A stretch of DNA of 64,000 nucleotides from the human T2T-CHM13v2.0 reference genome, Homo sapiens. Shown piece after piece: positions 42,474-56,689 of this stretch. The translations under genes were made by a program, and so were the position numbers. The DNA lies in NCBI GenBank assembly GCA_009914755.4, contig CP068257.2, positions 35,808,001 to 35,872,000 of the forward strand, written 5' to 3'. Position 1 is the stretch's first letter; each line of letters opens with the position of its first letter. A model generated the notes under the pieces. That model was not told the origin of the DNA and ran no database searches. It worked only from the letters and a program-made list of their open reading frames with translations.

Positions 42474-42772
42474 TTTTTTTTTCTTTTAGAGGTAAGGTCT
42501 CTGTTACCCAGGCTGGAGCACATACAGTGGCACAATCATAACTCACTGCAGCCTTGAAATCTTGGGCTCAGGCAGTCCTCCCACCCGAGCCTCCTGAGTA
42601 ATTGGAACTACAGGTGTGCGTCACCATGCCTGGCTTTTTTTTTTTCTTACAGAGATGAGGTGGTGGTGTGTTTCCCAGGCTGGTCTCAGACTCTCGGGCT
42701 CAAGTGATTCCCGCCTCGGCCTCCCAAAGCCCTGCAATTACAGGCATGAGCCCCTGCGCCTGGCCTGCCAAA
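42474..42772 (-). mobile_element. Alu (AluJ-like) inserted in the L1
   Basis: tttttttttcttttagaggtaaggtctctgttacccaggctggagcacatacagtggcacaatcataactcactgcagccttgaaatcttgggctcaggcagtcctcccacccgagcctcctgagtaattggaactacaggtgtgcgtcaccatgcctggctttttttttttcttacagagatgaggtggtggtgtgtttcccaggctggtctcagactctcgggctcaagtgattcccgcctcggcctcccaaagccctgcaattacaggcatgagcccctgcgcctggcc. Track ORFs 42616..42837 and 42700..42921 derive from it. Confidence 0.85.
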
Positions 42773-43814
42773 ACATTCTTGAAGAAGAACAGAATTTCCT
42801 GTTGGATCTTAAAATTTTTAAAGCTATTGTAATTTAGGTAGTGTCCAGTTCTTGAACAGAGACCTAGGTAGGTAAGTCTGTATCCAGTAGAACAGAATAG
42901 GCAGTCCAAAACTAGATCCAAGCATAAAGGGAAATGTGATTTATGATAAGGATGGGGTTACAGAGCAGTGGAGAATGTTTGTCTTTTAAATAATTGGTTA
43001 AGGATCAATTGGATGTTAATTTGGAGGGGGAAATGAAACTTGATTCCTATTTTACACAGAAGTCAAATGCAAATGGATTTTGCATTTAGATGTGAGAGAG
43101 AAAGCCCAGTGTTGTTTAGAAGGTAATAGATTTTTTTCATGACTTTGATATAAGGAAAAATTTCTTAGATTCCAAAAGTATAGTACTAATTGTAAAGCAA
43201 AAGTTGATAAAATTAAGAACTTTTATTCATCAAAGTATACCATTAAGAGGGTGACAAGGCAAGCTGCCTGTAACCAATAGGGGCTCGATCATATTCAGAA
43301 TATGGATTTTTAAAAATCCTAGAAATTTGTAAGAAATGGGCTTACAATTCAGTAGAAAAAATAGAAAAGCAACCTGAATGTACATTTCACGATGTGATGT
43401 ATAAGTGGCCAATAGACATGCAAAAATGCTCAGAGTAACTAGGAAAATGCAAATTAAAAACCACATTGGAGTACCACAGCACAAATACACTTAGCATAAT
43501 GGCTGAAATTAGACTGATGATTGCATGCCATAGTGAAGGAGTGGAGCGTGAGAATTTTTCATAAACTGCTAGTGGATAAATTGATTGGAACAAAAAAAGA
43601 CCAGAAAAACAACAGGACAGCATCTCTGTGTATACCAAACGATGCATAACAAGAAGCTTACAAGTGGCAGTGTTCATAGTAGCCCCAAACTGGAAATAAT
43701 CCAGGTGTCGGTCAGTAGTAGAATGGATAAATTATCATTTGTCCATATTGTTGTAAAGCAAGGTAATGGACAAACTGCAGTTTATAGGCATAAGATGAAG
43801 TAAACAATTCTACT

Positions 43815-44227
43815 CTATTACATTAGTTTGTACTTGCCCTGCTATAAATAAATACCTGAGACTGGGCAATTTATAAAGAAAGGAGGTTTAGTTGGCTCAT
43901 GGTTCTTTCTTCAGGCTGTACAGGAAGCATGAAAGCCTCTGGGGAGGCTTCAGGAAGACTTTCAATCATGGCAGAAGGCGTTGGAGAAGCAGGCATGTCT
44001 TACATGGCCTGCAAAGTCAGGCAAAAGGGGGAGGTGCCACACAGTTTTAAACAGCCTTTTTTCGTGAGAACTCTTATCACGAGGATAGCACTAGGGGGGA
44101 TGGTGCTAAACCATTAGAAACCACCCTCCTAATCCAATAACCTCCTACCGGGGCCCTCCTCCAATATTGGGGATTACAGTTCGACATGAGAATTAGGCAG
44201 GGACACAGATCCAAACTGTATCACCTG
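43815..44227 (-). mobile_element. Solo MaLR LTR (MST/THE1-like), second copy in the window
   Basis: cattagtttgtacttgccctgctataaataaatacctgagactgggcaatttataaagaaaggaggtttagttggctcatggttctttcttcaggctgtacaggaagcatg…ccaatattggggattacagttcgacatgagaattaggcagggacacagatccaaactgtatca. This is the same family architecture as 3669-4051. Track ORF 43899..44117 derives from it. Confidence 0.8.
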
Positions 44228-44242
44228 CTTATATGAAAACAT

Positions 44243-44585
<343 letters not shown>

Positions 44586-47011
44586 TTAGAAAGGGTCATA
44601 GAGTGGTGTGGTGGGTTTCTGGGATGCTGGCCATTTTTTCCCCGTTTCGTGACACAGATTGATTTTATGATAGTAATTTAAGCTTTGTGCTAATGATTTT
44701 TATCCTCTTTTCTACAATATTGCATTGAATAAGTTTAAACATAGTATATAACAGTGACATAGATAATAAAAACAGAAGCTAACATTTTTATAAAAAGTGT
44801 TTGGTGTGTGTCACAGGTTTCATTCTGTGTGCCTGTTGGTGGTATCTCATTTAAACTTTGTAACAAGGAATAGGGTCAGTATAGTAATACCTCTGCTTCA
44901 TAGATAGGGAATCTAAGGCTTTGAATGGTTAAGAAATTTGCCAGTCACAGCCTTAGTCTTTTACTGTTTATAAGAACTTTTTATATATTAAGGACCTCAA
45001 TTCTTTTTATTTATATTCCTTCCTACCTTTTTCTTTTTAATGTTCAGATTTAAAAGCCCTCATCACCCCCAGTATTTGAATTTAGATTTTCAATGTTTTG
45101 CTTTTACAAACAACACCAGGATAAACATGCTTGGCATCTTTGTGCACATCATTGATTATTGCCTTAGTGTAAGTTTGTAGAAGTTCTTTTAAAAAGTGAA
45201 CAAGGTTGTTTTACAGAATTGAATTGAATGAAAGTATTTTTGACTATGAATGATGAAATGTTTAGAAAAGTTGGCCATCTTTCACCACAGTTGTACTATC
45301 CTTTTACTTATTTAATAAACATTATTAATCATGTAGATTGGGAAAGTTAAGGACCTCACTGTAATGGGGAGAGACAGAAGAGAATCTAAAGTCTGAAAGC
45401 AATGCTAGGGGCAGTTGACATTCCAGCTTCAGCAGGGGTAGAGGACTTGAGATTTGTATTTTAGAAAGGTCACTTTAGCCATGTTATTGAGTAGATCCAG
45501 AATTGAAAATAGAATAAAGACAGCTATTAGGAATCTGTTTTGGTAATCTTAAGTGTTATATGTGGTGATGTAGATGAAAAGGTTGTGTTTGAGTATTCTG
45601 TTAGGAGAGGGAATGAGCAAGATTGGGCAGCTGTAAGGGAAGAACTCTAACATGACTGCCAGAGTGTTGAGTCTCGTTGACTGCGTAGGAAATGGTGTCA
45701 TTCCCTGTGGTGGAAAGTAGAGGTGGAACTTATGTTTGGGGAGCTTTGTTCTCTTTGTTTTGCAGAGTGTGTGCCACATTCAGGTAGAGATGGTATGCTC
45801 CACAAGGTGGGCACTGGCCCCATGAGCCTTTACTGCACATTGACTGTGCATTACTCTACAGTACTTGCAGATAACATTGGGCCATTTATTAATTGCCAGA
45901 GCTGTTCTGAGTATGTTGTATGTACTAAAGCACTAAACCTTCATAACAACCTTTTCAGGTAGGTATTATTATCATTATCAGGATATTAGGTATGCATGGC
46001 CATACAGCTGGTCACCGGTAGTGCTGGGATCTCCAACCCCAGCAACCTGGCTGAGAGTCTGTGCCCTTCACTGTTGGACCACCATTATTGTGTGTCTTGA
46101 AAATGGTAGAAGTCGGAAGTATTTTGCTACTGAGCGTTATGGTCGGTTGTGTTGTGGCTGTTAGCTGGTTCATTCAGGAGGACAGGCACAAGTATTTTGA
46201 ATCTAGTCATTCTTGTTGACCAAGGTTTTAGGCTTTAGTCTGTGATTACAAATTTGGCTGAATTTAAGAAAAATCTTTTTTTTATCCTTTTCTTAAAGAA
46301 TTACCTTTTATTAGATACCATTACTTTTATGGACCAAAGTGTTAATTTTTCATTTCCACCATGGATATCATGATCATGGTTCATCCTACCCGTAGGATAA
46401 TTATTGGCTATTTTTTCTTTGTGGTGAGCTTGCCAGGTCTAGATTCCCTTAGGACTGTTTGAAAGGTGCAGAGAAATCCAACGACCTTGGGTTGAGAAGT
46501 TTAGTTCTGTGTTTTATGTTTGTTTTCCTGTTTTTATATCCAACCTTTGATTGCCTGTGTCAGTGGAGAGCACCATAAGGTTTCACCTGGTTTGGGGAAT
46601 GCTGGCGATGTTGTTTGCCGTAAACCTGGCAGCAGGTGCAAAATAGCATCTCAGAAATGTTCCTTTGAGTTGGTTTGTGAGGAGCTGGTCTGTTGGAGAA
46701 GTCCCTCAATAATTAAAAGATTACTTATTTAACTTGTATTATGGTTCTTAATTTATGAAAATCTCGTAGGTGAAAGTAAGTCTTAAAGGTTGTTGCTGTT
46801 GCTTTACAAAAAGATTTTCTGAAGATTTTCTCAATACAAGTTTATATTCATTTTAATCACTATGGATCTTCTATACCATTAAAAACATAACTGTTGTGTT
46901 GAGTAACATATACCTGTTTGTAGTTAGAAAAGTTTTTTAATATTGAATATCCTAAAGTTCTTATTTAAGGAACCATTAGATATGTCAAATGATACAAACA
47001 TTAGGATATGA

Positions 47012-47380
<369 letters not shown>

Positions 47381-50300
47381 TAAGAAGTTTGCATTAAATT
47401 TTTTTTTTTTAATTTTTACTTGTATTTCACTTAAACACTCATAAACATAACCACAGTCTCTCATTCTGTAATAGAAAGGGGAAAAGTTATTTCTGAAGAA
47501 TATTAAAGGATCTTGAAGAAAAAGCTTATTTTTATGGAAAGGTGGCTAAGTTAAAACCGTTACAGGAAAGCAAGTCAGATTCCATTACAGCAAACTTACA
47601 GAACCAATTTTGTGTTATTTTAAACTACCTTTCTACACATTTGTAAAAATAAATACAAAACTCCCTAAAATTCAAAAGAGATGTATGCAAATTAACCGTG
47701 CTATTTATTCTAATATTCAGACAGGCTATTCACCATTTTTCTATGAAGTGAATGGTGTAAATAGAATACATGCTGAACTCTTGGTACTCACACACACATA
47801 CACATGCATATATATGTATGTGTATGTATTTTTAATATCTTTCTAAATTAACTGCACCGTCTACGTTGAGTTTTGGTTTGGGAGACTTAACAGCTGTAGT
47901 TGTGTGAAAGTTTCTTGCCCCACGGATATTTGATGTGTGATGAGCACTGAAAATGGCTGCTTTTCCATGGACTTAGAAATTTGGTTTGCCATTCTTTTGT
48001 TTAGGTCTTTTAATATATTGTGTGAGGATAAAAGAGTTGGGAGATTTAAAAGTATGTCTTTTCCTGGTGTCTTGTTTATATTAAAACGTGTTTGTAATAA
48101 AATTTTGCTAGTAGGCTGACATAATGTTTAAAATATACAACATGTTAACATTCACAGTTAAATCGTTACAATAAGATGAATTTGGCAGGACTTAAGATTT
48201 TATGTAGTGAATTGATTTCAGTTTAGTTGCGTGTTTGAGAATTGGGACAGTTGTTCAGAATGTCCAAGTTTAGGAAGTGTTTAATTGTGTACCAGAAGAA
48301 AACTGCCTGGAAATCTAATAATAATAACACGATGATCCATTTGCACTTTGAGGAAACCAAGTTGATTCAGATTAATTTTCCCACTTGTTCAAAAGCAGCC
48401 TGTCAGGCAGAGTGCTGTTTTTAATGTGTTTCACAGCTGAAAGGACTGCGCTCCCATTTGTGACTTTTCCGTGTGTGAGCAGGAGACTGTGGGGTCCAGC
48501 CTGGGCTTCCTTCTTCTTAGATACAGTGCTCTTTCAGGTCTAACCTCTGGTGTCTACAGCGGGCTAGGAAAACTTCCAGTCCTTTAAAGTCATTTTTATC
48601 ATTATATTATTTTAGTAAATAATTTAATTAACAAAGCACCTATTTTTATATCCAACTAACGTCTTATGTGTATTTGGATCATATAAAATAAGAGATATTT
48701 CACTTACTATTTCTGTTTTAAGCTATGAAATACTTTTAAAGATTTGTGTGATGTAAAAAGACTATCTTTAAAGTAATAATACTCAGCCAAATATTTCTGC
48801 CAAAATCCAAAAATTTCTGGGCCTAATAAGGGAGTCATATTAGAGGATCCCTTTCCTGTAACTAAAGTGTAGGCTGCGTATTAAGTGGCATAGTCTAGTC
48901 ATAGGACCTGGCTTCAAGGTCTTGGCCGGCTCATGATCTGGTTGTAGGATTTGAGTTAGGTTATTTGTACCCTTCATATCTGTTCCTTGGGTGTCAAATT
49001 GGCACCTCCGACTAGAACCCCCAACACATACAAAGTACCTTTTAGCTGTAAACTTACTGTAATTTCATTATTTAATTTTCATTGTTTCTTGTTAATCATC
49101 CTATCAGATGTCTTTTAAAAGAGAAATAGAGCGAAAGTAGGTGTAGAAGAGGAAGACTGATGTTTGGAATGCTGGCTCTCTGGGCTATTCTAGTTTTCAC
49201 AATATCTTCCATAGTTCTTAAATTCTAGTACCCTGGATATGTGTTATAGATGCTATTCAGCTTTATTAATGCTCTCAAAATAACAAGAAAGGCAGAATAC
49301 AGTGTTTCTGATTCTTCATTATATAGGAAAACAGGAGGTAAATATAAATAAAATGAAATAGGTATTATAATGGAAAACAGTTTTTGAAAGGAGTCCTAGA
49401 GCTTATACTAAAGAATCTTTTCAGGACAAAAGTTAATTATTGTTTTAGCTCTTATAACTGATCTAAGCAGGAGGTTTGTAATCTGGGTGAAGTAAAAGGA
49501 GCAAGAGATGTGAGCATTGAGGGTGTACTGTTTCTAGCTCCTGGAGGCAGATAGCTGAGGCAGCAGGAGGAGGTCACCTCAACTTCCCTTTTATTAGGTT
49601 ACTTGCCTTGCAAAAGGGGTCATTTCTGCAGCTTGGTGAGCTCCTGGGTCCTCTGAACACCATGGACTTAACTTTTTGCTGTAGAAGGTAGAAGGGAGCT
49701 TGCTCTATTACTGTACATTCTCTTGACTTTGGCTAGCAGAAGCAGGAAGTAGAGAAAGTGTCAGATGCTTAGGGCTGGCCTTGAGTGTTAGTATAGATAT
49801 ATAAGTAGGTATTTGGAAAAGCTGCTTTCTAATTCTGGATATGTACTAATGGCATCACAATGTTCCAAAAGAAAAATTTGGTTAATATGAAATCACAATG
49901 AAAGCATAGGGAGTATTACTTGCTTTGTAGACATTTATTTGTTCTTTCCATGTATTTTGAGCATCTCAATGCAGGATGTTGTTTGAAGCATGAAATATAA
50001 ACAGCTTGGCCTTGTAGGCAGAGTATGACCAGTTGTGGAAAAGATTAGCAACATTTTGTGAAGTGCTAAGCACACAGCACACACTCATATTGAGTGCAGA
50101 AATTTGATCATGTAACTCATGTTTATATCCTATTTTGTATATGTACTGTATATTTGAAATTTTTTTTTGATTATATGTGATTTTGGTGTTTTTGAGTGAG
50201 CATCATTACTCCTGAATGTAGTTACTGATTCTTTTTTCAGATGTTTGAAATACCAGTGGAATTGTAAATGGGCAAGTTAAAAACTTAAAGACATTCACAG

Positions 50301-50517
50301 TTTTTTGATGTAACTAATTTTAATAAATGCCTTTGCTTATTTTAGGCATACCTCAATTACTTTGCTCAACAAATAGCCTAAAAATGACTGCTAAGAGGGT
50401 AGACTAGAGGCGTAACATTGATAGGGAGCTCCTGGCAAGAGTGTCCTCGTTAAGAGCCTGGGGTTAGGCATGGACATCTTCAGCTACAATATTATAGTAG
50501 CTGCACTACGATAATAT

Positions 50518-50730
50518 TTCGGACCACCCGGATGGTGATTTTCCTGTTCTTTAACTGGCTCTGGGACCTTGGTCAAGTTCTTTAACGTTGGAGACTCTGG
50601 TTTCGTGTGTGTAAAATGGTCACAGGAATGGTATTTATCTCCCTTGAGATTGTTGAGGGGATTGCATGGAAGACTTGTAAAAATATGCATGCTAAAAACA
50701 TGTTGTTCAGTAAATACCTGCTACTGTTAT
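50518..50730 (+). mobile_element. MIR SINE, with a second diverged MIR 5' fragment at 51388-51440
   Basis: …ctttaactggctctgggaccttggtcaagttctttaacgttggagactctggtttcgtgtgtgtaaaatggtcacaggaatggtatttatctcccttgagattgttgaggggattgcatggaagacttgtaaaaatatgcatgctaaaaacatgttgttcagtaaatacctgctactgttattg matches MIR (…cacttactagctgtgtgaccttgggcaagttacttaacctctctg…cctcatctgtaaaatggggataat…tagggttgttgtgaggattaaatgagttaat…cataaataaatgtt). Confidence 0.7.
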
Positions 50731-52517
50731 TGTTACTTTATTATTAAGTTATTCGGTTGACTCTACCAATGACTTATACTTCCTGTCAACTTTTATTATA
50801 GCAGTAATGAAGCATTGCACTGATTCAGATTTTGTGAAACCTCACATTTAGGCTGCACTCCACCAGCCCAAGAAAGGGGCTTACTGAATAAACTACCTAC
50901 ATGAAAACAATGCTGGGAACTTAAATTAAAAAAGAAAAGACATTTAAGGGAAACCTTTCATCACCCTAAATGCTTACAGCATTCATTCACAGAAAAACTG
51001 ACGTTTATTACCCATATTAATTTATGCATTAAGTCCTTAAGGAATAGTATAAAAATATTCTGTGAACTTAGCATTAGCTACTGTTTAGAAAAGTAAGACT
51101 GTCTATTTGAAAAATTAAATCAGATCATCTTCTTAATTCTGATGATTTTTGTCAGACAAATAGTATAATCACCAAGGGTTCCCCTCCCCCCCCCAACCTT
51201 ATTTGGAATTAAGAAGCACAGGACTTTGAGAAGAGATAGTGTTATTTCAGTAAATGGGTGAATTTGCCCTCTGGGTAACAACTTTTTAGAGTTTGAGTAT
51301 ACATGCAGAAGAAACCAGTGTTAATGTTGGTTCATGATAAAGCGCACGTAGTAAAGTTCATGATTTACAGCACGTAAAATGCTGTAACAATTCTGTCTTT
51401 TCGGACCACATGGATGGTGATTTTTCCTGTTCTGTCCACTGGTACAAACCTCCCCTCTTCTCTTTTTTGGTGTGGGTTAGGTTAACAATTATACCATGAC
51501 TCCACACATTTTTGCGAGGTCTTAGTATGATGTGTTTACTGTCACTCTGCCCCTCCGATTGACCCGAGTGTCCTTGGAGAGATGTTGTGTCAGGGTCTTC
51601 TGGCTCATTTCCCAGCACAAATGTCCAGAAGAGTTGGGCAGGAACACAAAGATGGGCCAGGGGGAATGGCTGTGACCACCTTGATGGAAATAATTGGTTT
51701 TGAGGATCTGTTGATTGCAAGAACCCCCATTGGGAATCCTTTGACTGAGGCATGGCACTTGCTGGAGCAGTGGCACTTGGACAGCAATCCAGGATCATTG
51801 ATGCTAGCCACAGCACTCCTGGGGTGTGTGTATAGAGGGGGTGCATGCCCCTGCTCTATCATCTGTTGTAATTGCTGTGGAAACGGTCTAGCAGGATGCT
51901 CACGGTGGAACCCCTCATTGCCTGTCAGATGGTGTCGAGAGCCATGAGTTGGGATCAGGGAAGGGGACTGTGAGGGCAAGCCTTGGTTAGGGGCAGATAT
52001 TTGTCAGAGGGCAGCAGGGTCTGGAGACATTAGGAGCTGAATTTCTTCTTATTAGGAGCAGTTGGAGGGAATGGTGCTCTGCTGCCAGCCCCCTTTTTTG
52101 GTGCCAGCTGGGTCCTGAAATCCTATGTTAAGGAAGCTGAAAGTTGCCTCTGAGGGCTGGGTTTATCTTTGTCTGCTAGTTGTGAACCTGGTCAGGTTTT
52201 AGGAATAATTCAGAAAAAAATTTTCTTTGGGCTAATTGTGTGGTAGAGAAGCCCTCGTGGGCAACATCCTGTGTGTCTCCTAGATTGGCGTATGTCTGCA
52301 TTTCTACCACTTTAAATTTGGCGGAATAGGATCAAAGCCTCAGGCAGCTGGGCATATTATCCTCTAATTTCATTGATTTGTTCTAGTGGTTGTCTTTATT
52401 GGAATCCACATGAAAGGGAACTTTGAGAGAGAATGTATAATCATCTAATGTGTAGCTGTCTTTAAAAAAGTAGATACATGCAGGTTACAGAAGAGGGAAT
52501 TTATATCTTATAGTTAA

Positions 52518-52682
<165 letters not shown>

Positions 52683-53952
52683 TAATAACATCTATCTTGC
52701 AATATGTCATTGAGAAAAAAAGTGTGACCTATTTACCCTAAACTTTTTTTTCATTCCTAGTAGTTGTCATATTGATGATTATTATGAAGACTAATGATTT
52801 AGAAATAATATTACAATTATGTAAAAGATATATTAACAAGGACTGCAGAGTATAAAGATAATTGTGGATAACTTGATTTTTTTAAGGTTGTATTTAATAT
52901 ACTGTTATTTCTTTTTTTAATTTTTATTTTTTGTTTTTTATTTCATTTGAGTTCTGTAATAACTTATTCAAAACAAGAAAGGGGAATAAGGACTCTAAAA
53001 GTATATATGTGTTAGAATTTTTGCTAGAATTTTTATATATTTGTTTCTGCTTTTGCCATGGGTGTCAGGAAGCTCTGAAATATGTTTAATACCTAGTTAC
53101 AGGCATTTGGCCTAGTTTATTTGATCTATCTATATTTCTGTGATTTTATTGTCTTTTAACTTTTTATGTGTGTTCTTTTATCTATATCTTTTTATGATAA
53201 GATGTCCAGAAGCTTTTTTGTTGTAAGTAAATAAGATAAAAAACAGACACAGCACTTTGAATTCCTTGCCTGTACTTGGTGTTTTGCCACCGAAAATTTT
53301 TCTGGTGTCTTGGACCATTGGCTTCATTGCCATTTGCTTGTGGCTTCAACTCTGTCTCCAAAGTTAATTATTAAAGGAGCATTTCTGGAGAAGAATCCAT
53401 GCTTTCTTTCCTCTTCTAGTGGGAGCCCTGCACCCTTTCATGTTGAAGGCTTGTCCTTTGCCAGCTTTAGAGCTGCTTAGCTGAAAAGTGAAAAGATGTT
53501 CTTAGGTACATGCAAATTTTATAGCAATTTAATGTTATTTAATGACAGTATTACTACATTACAGTGGCAGTGTGGCAACGTAAAATTAGAATGAACTCTG
53601 TGAGGAACATTTCTGAGTTAGATTTTGTACACATTTATATATTATAAACATGTTCCAGACTAGCTTGTGATTATCTGAATATATCTGATAAATTGTTGAT
53701 AACAGTATATTAATTTCAATTTGTTATTATCTGATAAATTGTTAACAAAGCTACAGTTAAACTGTTGTTAACAGTAGCTTTCTTGGAGCTTGTTTTTAAG
53801 TGTCTTAACCACGTTATAAAGTAGACTTTTTCTGATGTTATTCCATGCAGTGTAATTTATAATTTCGCCAAAGTTAGTTTACCAGTTACCTGGACTGTTT
53901 CCTAGTTCATCTAGTATTTTTTTTTTTTACTAGTCTTAGAAACAGTGTTGGT

Positions 53953-54307
53953 GTTTTGTTTTTGTTTTTGTTTTTGTTTTTGTTTTTGTTTTTTTTTTTT
54001 TTTTTTTTTTTTTTTTTGGAGACAGAGTCTCACTTTGTCACCAAGGCTGCCAGCCTGGAGTGCAGTGGCGCGATCTCGGCTCACCGCAACCTCCGCCTCC
54101 CAGGTTCATACCTTTCTCCTGCCTCAGCCTCCTGAGTAGCTGGGACTACAGGTGCCCGCCACCATGCCCAGCTAATTTTTTGTATTTTTAGTAGAGATGG
54201 GGTTTCACCGTGTTAGCCAGGATGGTCTCGATCTCCTGACCTCGTGATCCACCCTCCTCGGCCTCCCAAAGTGCTGGGATTACAGGTGTGAGCCACCGCG
54301 CCTGGCC
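53953..54307 (-). mobile_element. Full-length AluS/Y with a (TTTTG)7-T27 tail, minus orientation
   Basis: gttttgtttttgtttttgtttttgtttttgtttttgttttttttt…ggagacagagtctcactttgtcaccaaggctgccagcctggagtgcagtggcgcgatctcggctcaccgcaacctccgcctcccaggttcatacctttctcctgcctcagcctcctgagtagctgggactacaggtgcccgccaccatgcccagctaattttttgtatttttagtagagatggggtttcaccgtgttagccaggatggtctcgatctcctgacctcgtgatccaccctcctcggcctcccaaagtgctgggattacaggtgtgagccaccgcgcctggcc. Track ORF 53945..54139 derives from it. Confidence 0.9.
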
Positions 54308-54997
54308 CAGAATCAGTGTTAAAGAAAATAACTCAGCCTGTGATTAACCATAGGCGTATGGTCTTTGGGAGTGGGGGCTAAGAGGCCATAGCTGTTTTTC
54401 ATTAATCGTTATATTTTTATAGGTTTAAAAACTGGGCATGTCTCAGAGGGCCTATTTATTTTAGTAAAACATCACTTGGTCTACATCTGAACTTATTTTA
54501 AAAATATGTTGCCATAAAATCAAATATAAATAAATTCATGCAAGTTACAGAAGAGGGAATTTATATCAATAAATTCCCTTTATATCCCAAATATAAAGTT
54601 GGGATTGACTGGAAGGGGGCATGAGAGAACTTGAACTTGAGGGACATGAAAATGTTACTTGGCTGTTTGGCATTTGGTAACTTTTGTCAAAATTCCTCAT
54701 GTTGAACTCTTAAGATCTGTGCCACCTCACTGTATATAAATTATACTTCAATTTAACAAATAAATATAAACCAGGTCCTTTTACTTTTCTTGAATGGCAT
54801 ACTTTGAACAAGTCACTTAACATTTTTTGTTTACAAAGTCTATAAACAGTATAACTATAATGAATTTCACTGTATAAATTTTTTCATTGGTTAGATCAGT
54901 ATTATTTTCTAACTCAAATGTCAACTGTAGAAAATAGGTGTGTGTCAATATACTCTGATAATGCCCTTCCTCACAGTGATTTAAATTTTACAGTTAA

Positions 54998-55213
<216 letters not shown>

Positions 55214-55716
55214 TAATGGAAAATGCTGAATTTCATTAGTTAGAAAGAACTTCTTAGTGAATCTTGTTGTTAACAGCCCTTCCTCAAGAGTGTACTTTTA
55301 ATATTTGCAAATAGAGCTCAGCAATGGATATGCAAGTATTTGGATGACCATAATTCTTTAAAGGTAGTGATACTGCATCAGTAATATAAACTCCTTAGAC
55401 TTCTAAAAACTTTTATGGCTACCAAGTGCTCATTTTACTAATGACTGGTGAATTTTAATCACTTAATAGATAGTATTGCCTCTTTGTTATGGGCCTTGTA
55501 TAGTCTGTAGATGATTGTTAATTACATATGCTAGAGGTATTTACCTTCTTGTCCGATAGACCACTTCAAAGAGAAAAGAATTACCATGTTCAGGTGGTGC
55601 AGTGGGAGTCCACTCACTTTTCAGGAGGCTTTGGAAAGCTGGGGGTTGTTCCCTGGCTTTTTCTCCCACTTCATGTTGTAACTATATCAGACCTCTAAGC
55701 AGGCAGGCAGTCTTAG

Positions 55717-56076
<360 letters not shown>

Positions 56077-56104
56077 TCCTTGTATTTTTAAAAATATTTT
56101 TTCG

Positions 56105-56241
56105 GGTCAGGCGTGGTGACTCACACCTATAATCCCAGCACTTTGGGAATCTGAAGCAGAAGGATCACCTGAGCCCAGTAATTCCAGAACAGCCTGGGCA
56201 ACATAGCAAGACCTTGTCTCTATTCATTTAAAAAAAAAAAA
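56105..56241 (+). mobile_element. Monomeric Alu (FLAM/left-arm-only) with an A11 tail
   Basis: ggtcaggcgtggtgactcacacctataatcccagcactttgggaatctgaagcagaaggatcacctgagcccagtaattccagaacagcctgggcaacatagcaagaccttgtctctattcatttaaaaaaaaaaa. Confidence 0.8.
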
Positions 56242-56689
56242 TGTTAGGGGGATCTCTGGTTGTGGTCCCCCAGCTGTTCCCAGTTGTAAGTCCTTCTATC
56301 ACATTGAGTCACAGAGCTGTGTTTTGTTTGAGGTGTGATTTGCTGATAATCCCAGTCTCCTCTGCCTTGCAGCCCTTGTGGAATGAGATGGTTATTAATC
56401 TGCAGTCCAAACTTTTGACTTTTCGATGATGAGGATAGAATGGGAATCAAAATGACTTTTCCTAAATTGCCTTTTTTTGTTTTCTTAAACTATGGAACCT
56501 GCATGTGCTTACTTCTCTGTTCCTGCCCTGAGAGAACACAAAATACATGCTCCTTTTTAACCTGTGAGGAAAAAGCCATCATGCTTAAAACAGAAAGTGT
56601 TCTGTATTATCGGGGGAAATTCAGCCAGATATCGGGCAAAATTCACCCCCAATATTTCATGTAGGTTCTTTTCTATTTTCCCTAAGCGT

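Larger units (their letters stand above)
40700..43800 (+). mobile_element. Old L1 LINE fragment (L1M-type; ORF1-end/ORF2 and 3' end), plus orientation, split by two Alu insertions
   Basis: The sense strand matches L1 (…ggaaactatccacaagcaaaactcctggtccagaaggtttcaccagtgaatctaccacacacgcataaaatcatgaccaaatcgcattccagaaatggaaaat…, …gtcatctcatttcagtagatacagaaagagcatttaataaaagtcagcatctattcatgaggaaaaggtcttagaaaactagcagtagaaggaaactttgttaatctgggaatagtatctgttaaaaacctgcagcaaccataatactggagaaatgttgaaagctttc…, 3' end …ctaggaaaatgcaaattaaaaccacattggagtaccacagcacaaatacacttagcataatggctgaaattag…ataattatcatttgtccatattgttgtaaagcaaggtaatggacaaactgcagtttataggcataagatgaag). Track ORFs 40827-41254 and 43230-43803 are degenerate L1-derived frames. 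Confidence 0.75.

Noticed and set aside
50518-51440. A ~50-bp direct repeat (tttcggaccacccggatggtgattttcctgttct… vs tttcggaccacatggatggtgatttttcctgttct…) 870 bp apart, which looked like LTR-type or composite-transposon terminal repeats.
   Set aside because: The first copy continues directly into a recognisable MIR SINE body, and the second is a diverged MIR 5' fragment. Two independent ancient SINE copies explain the pair.
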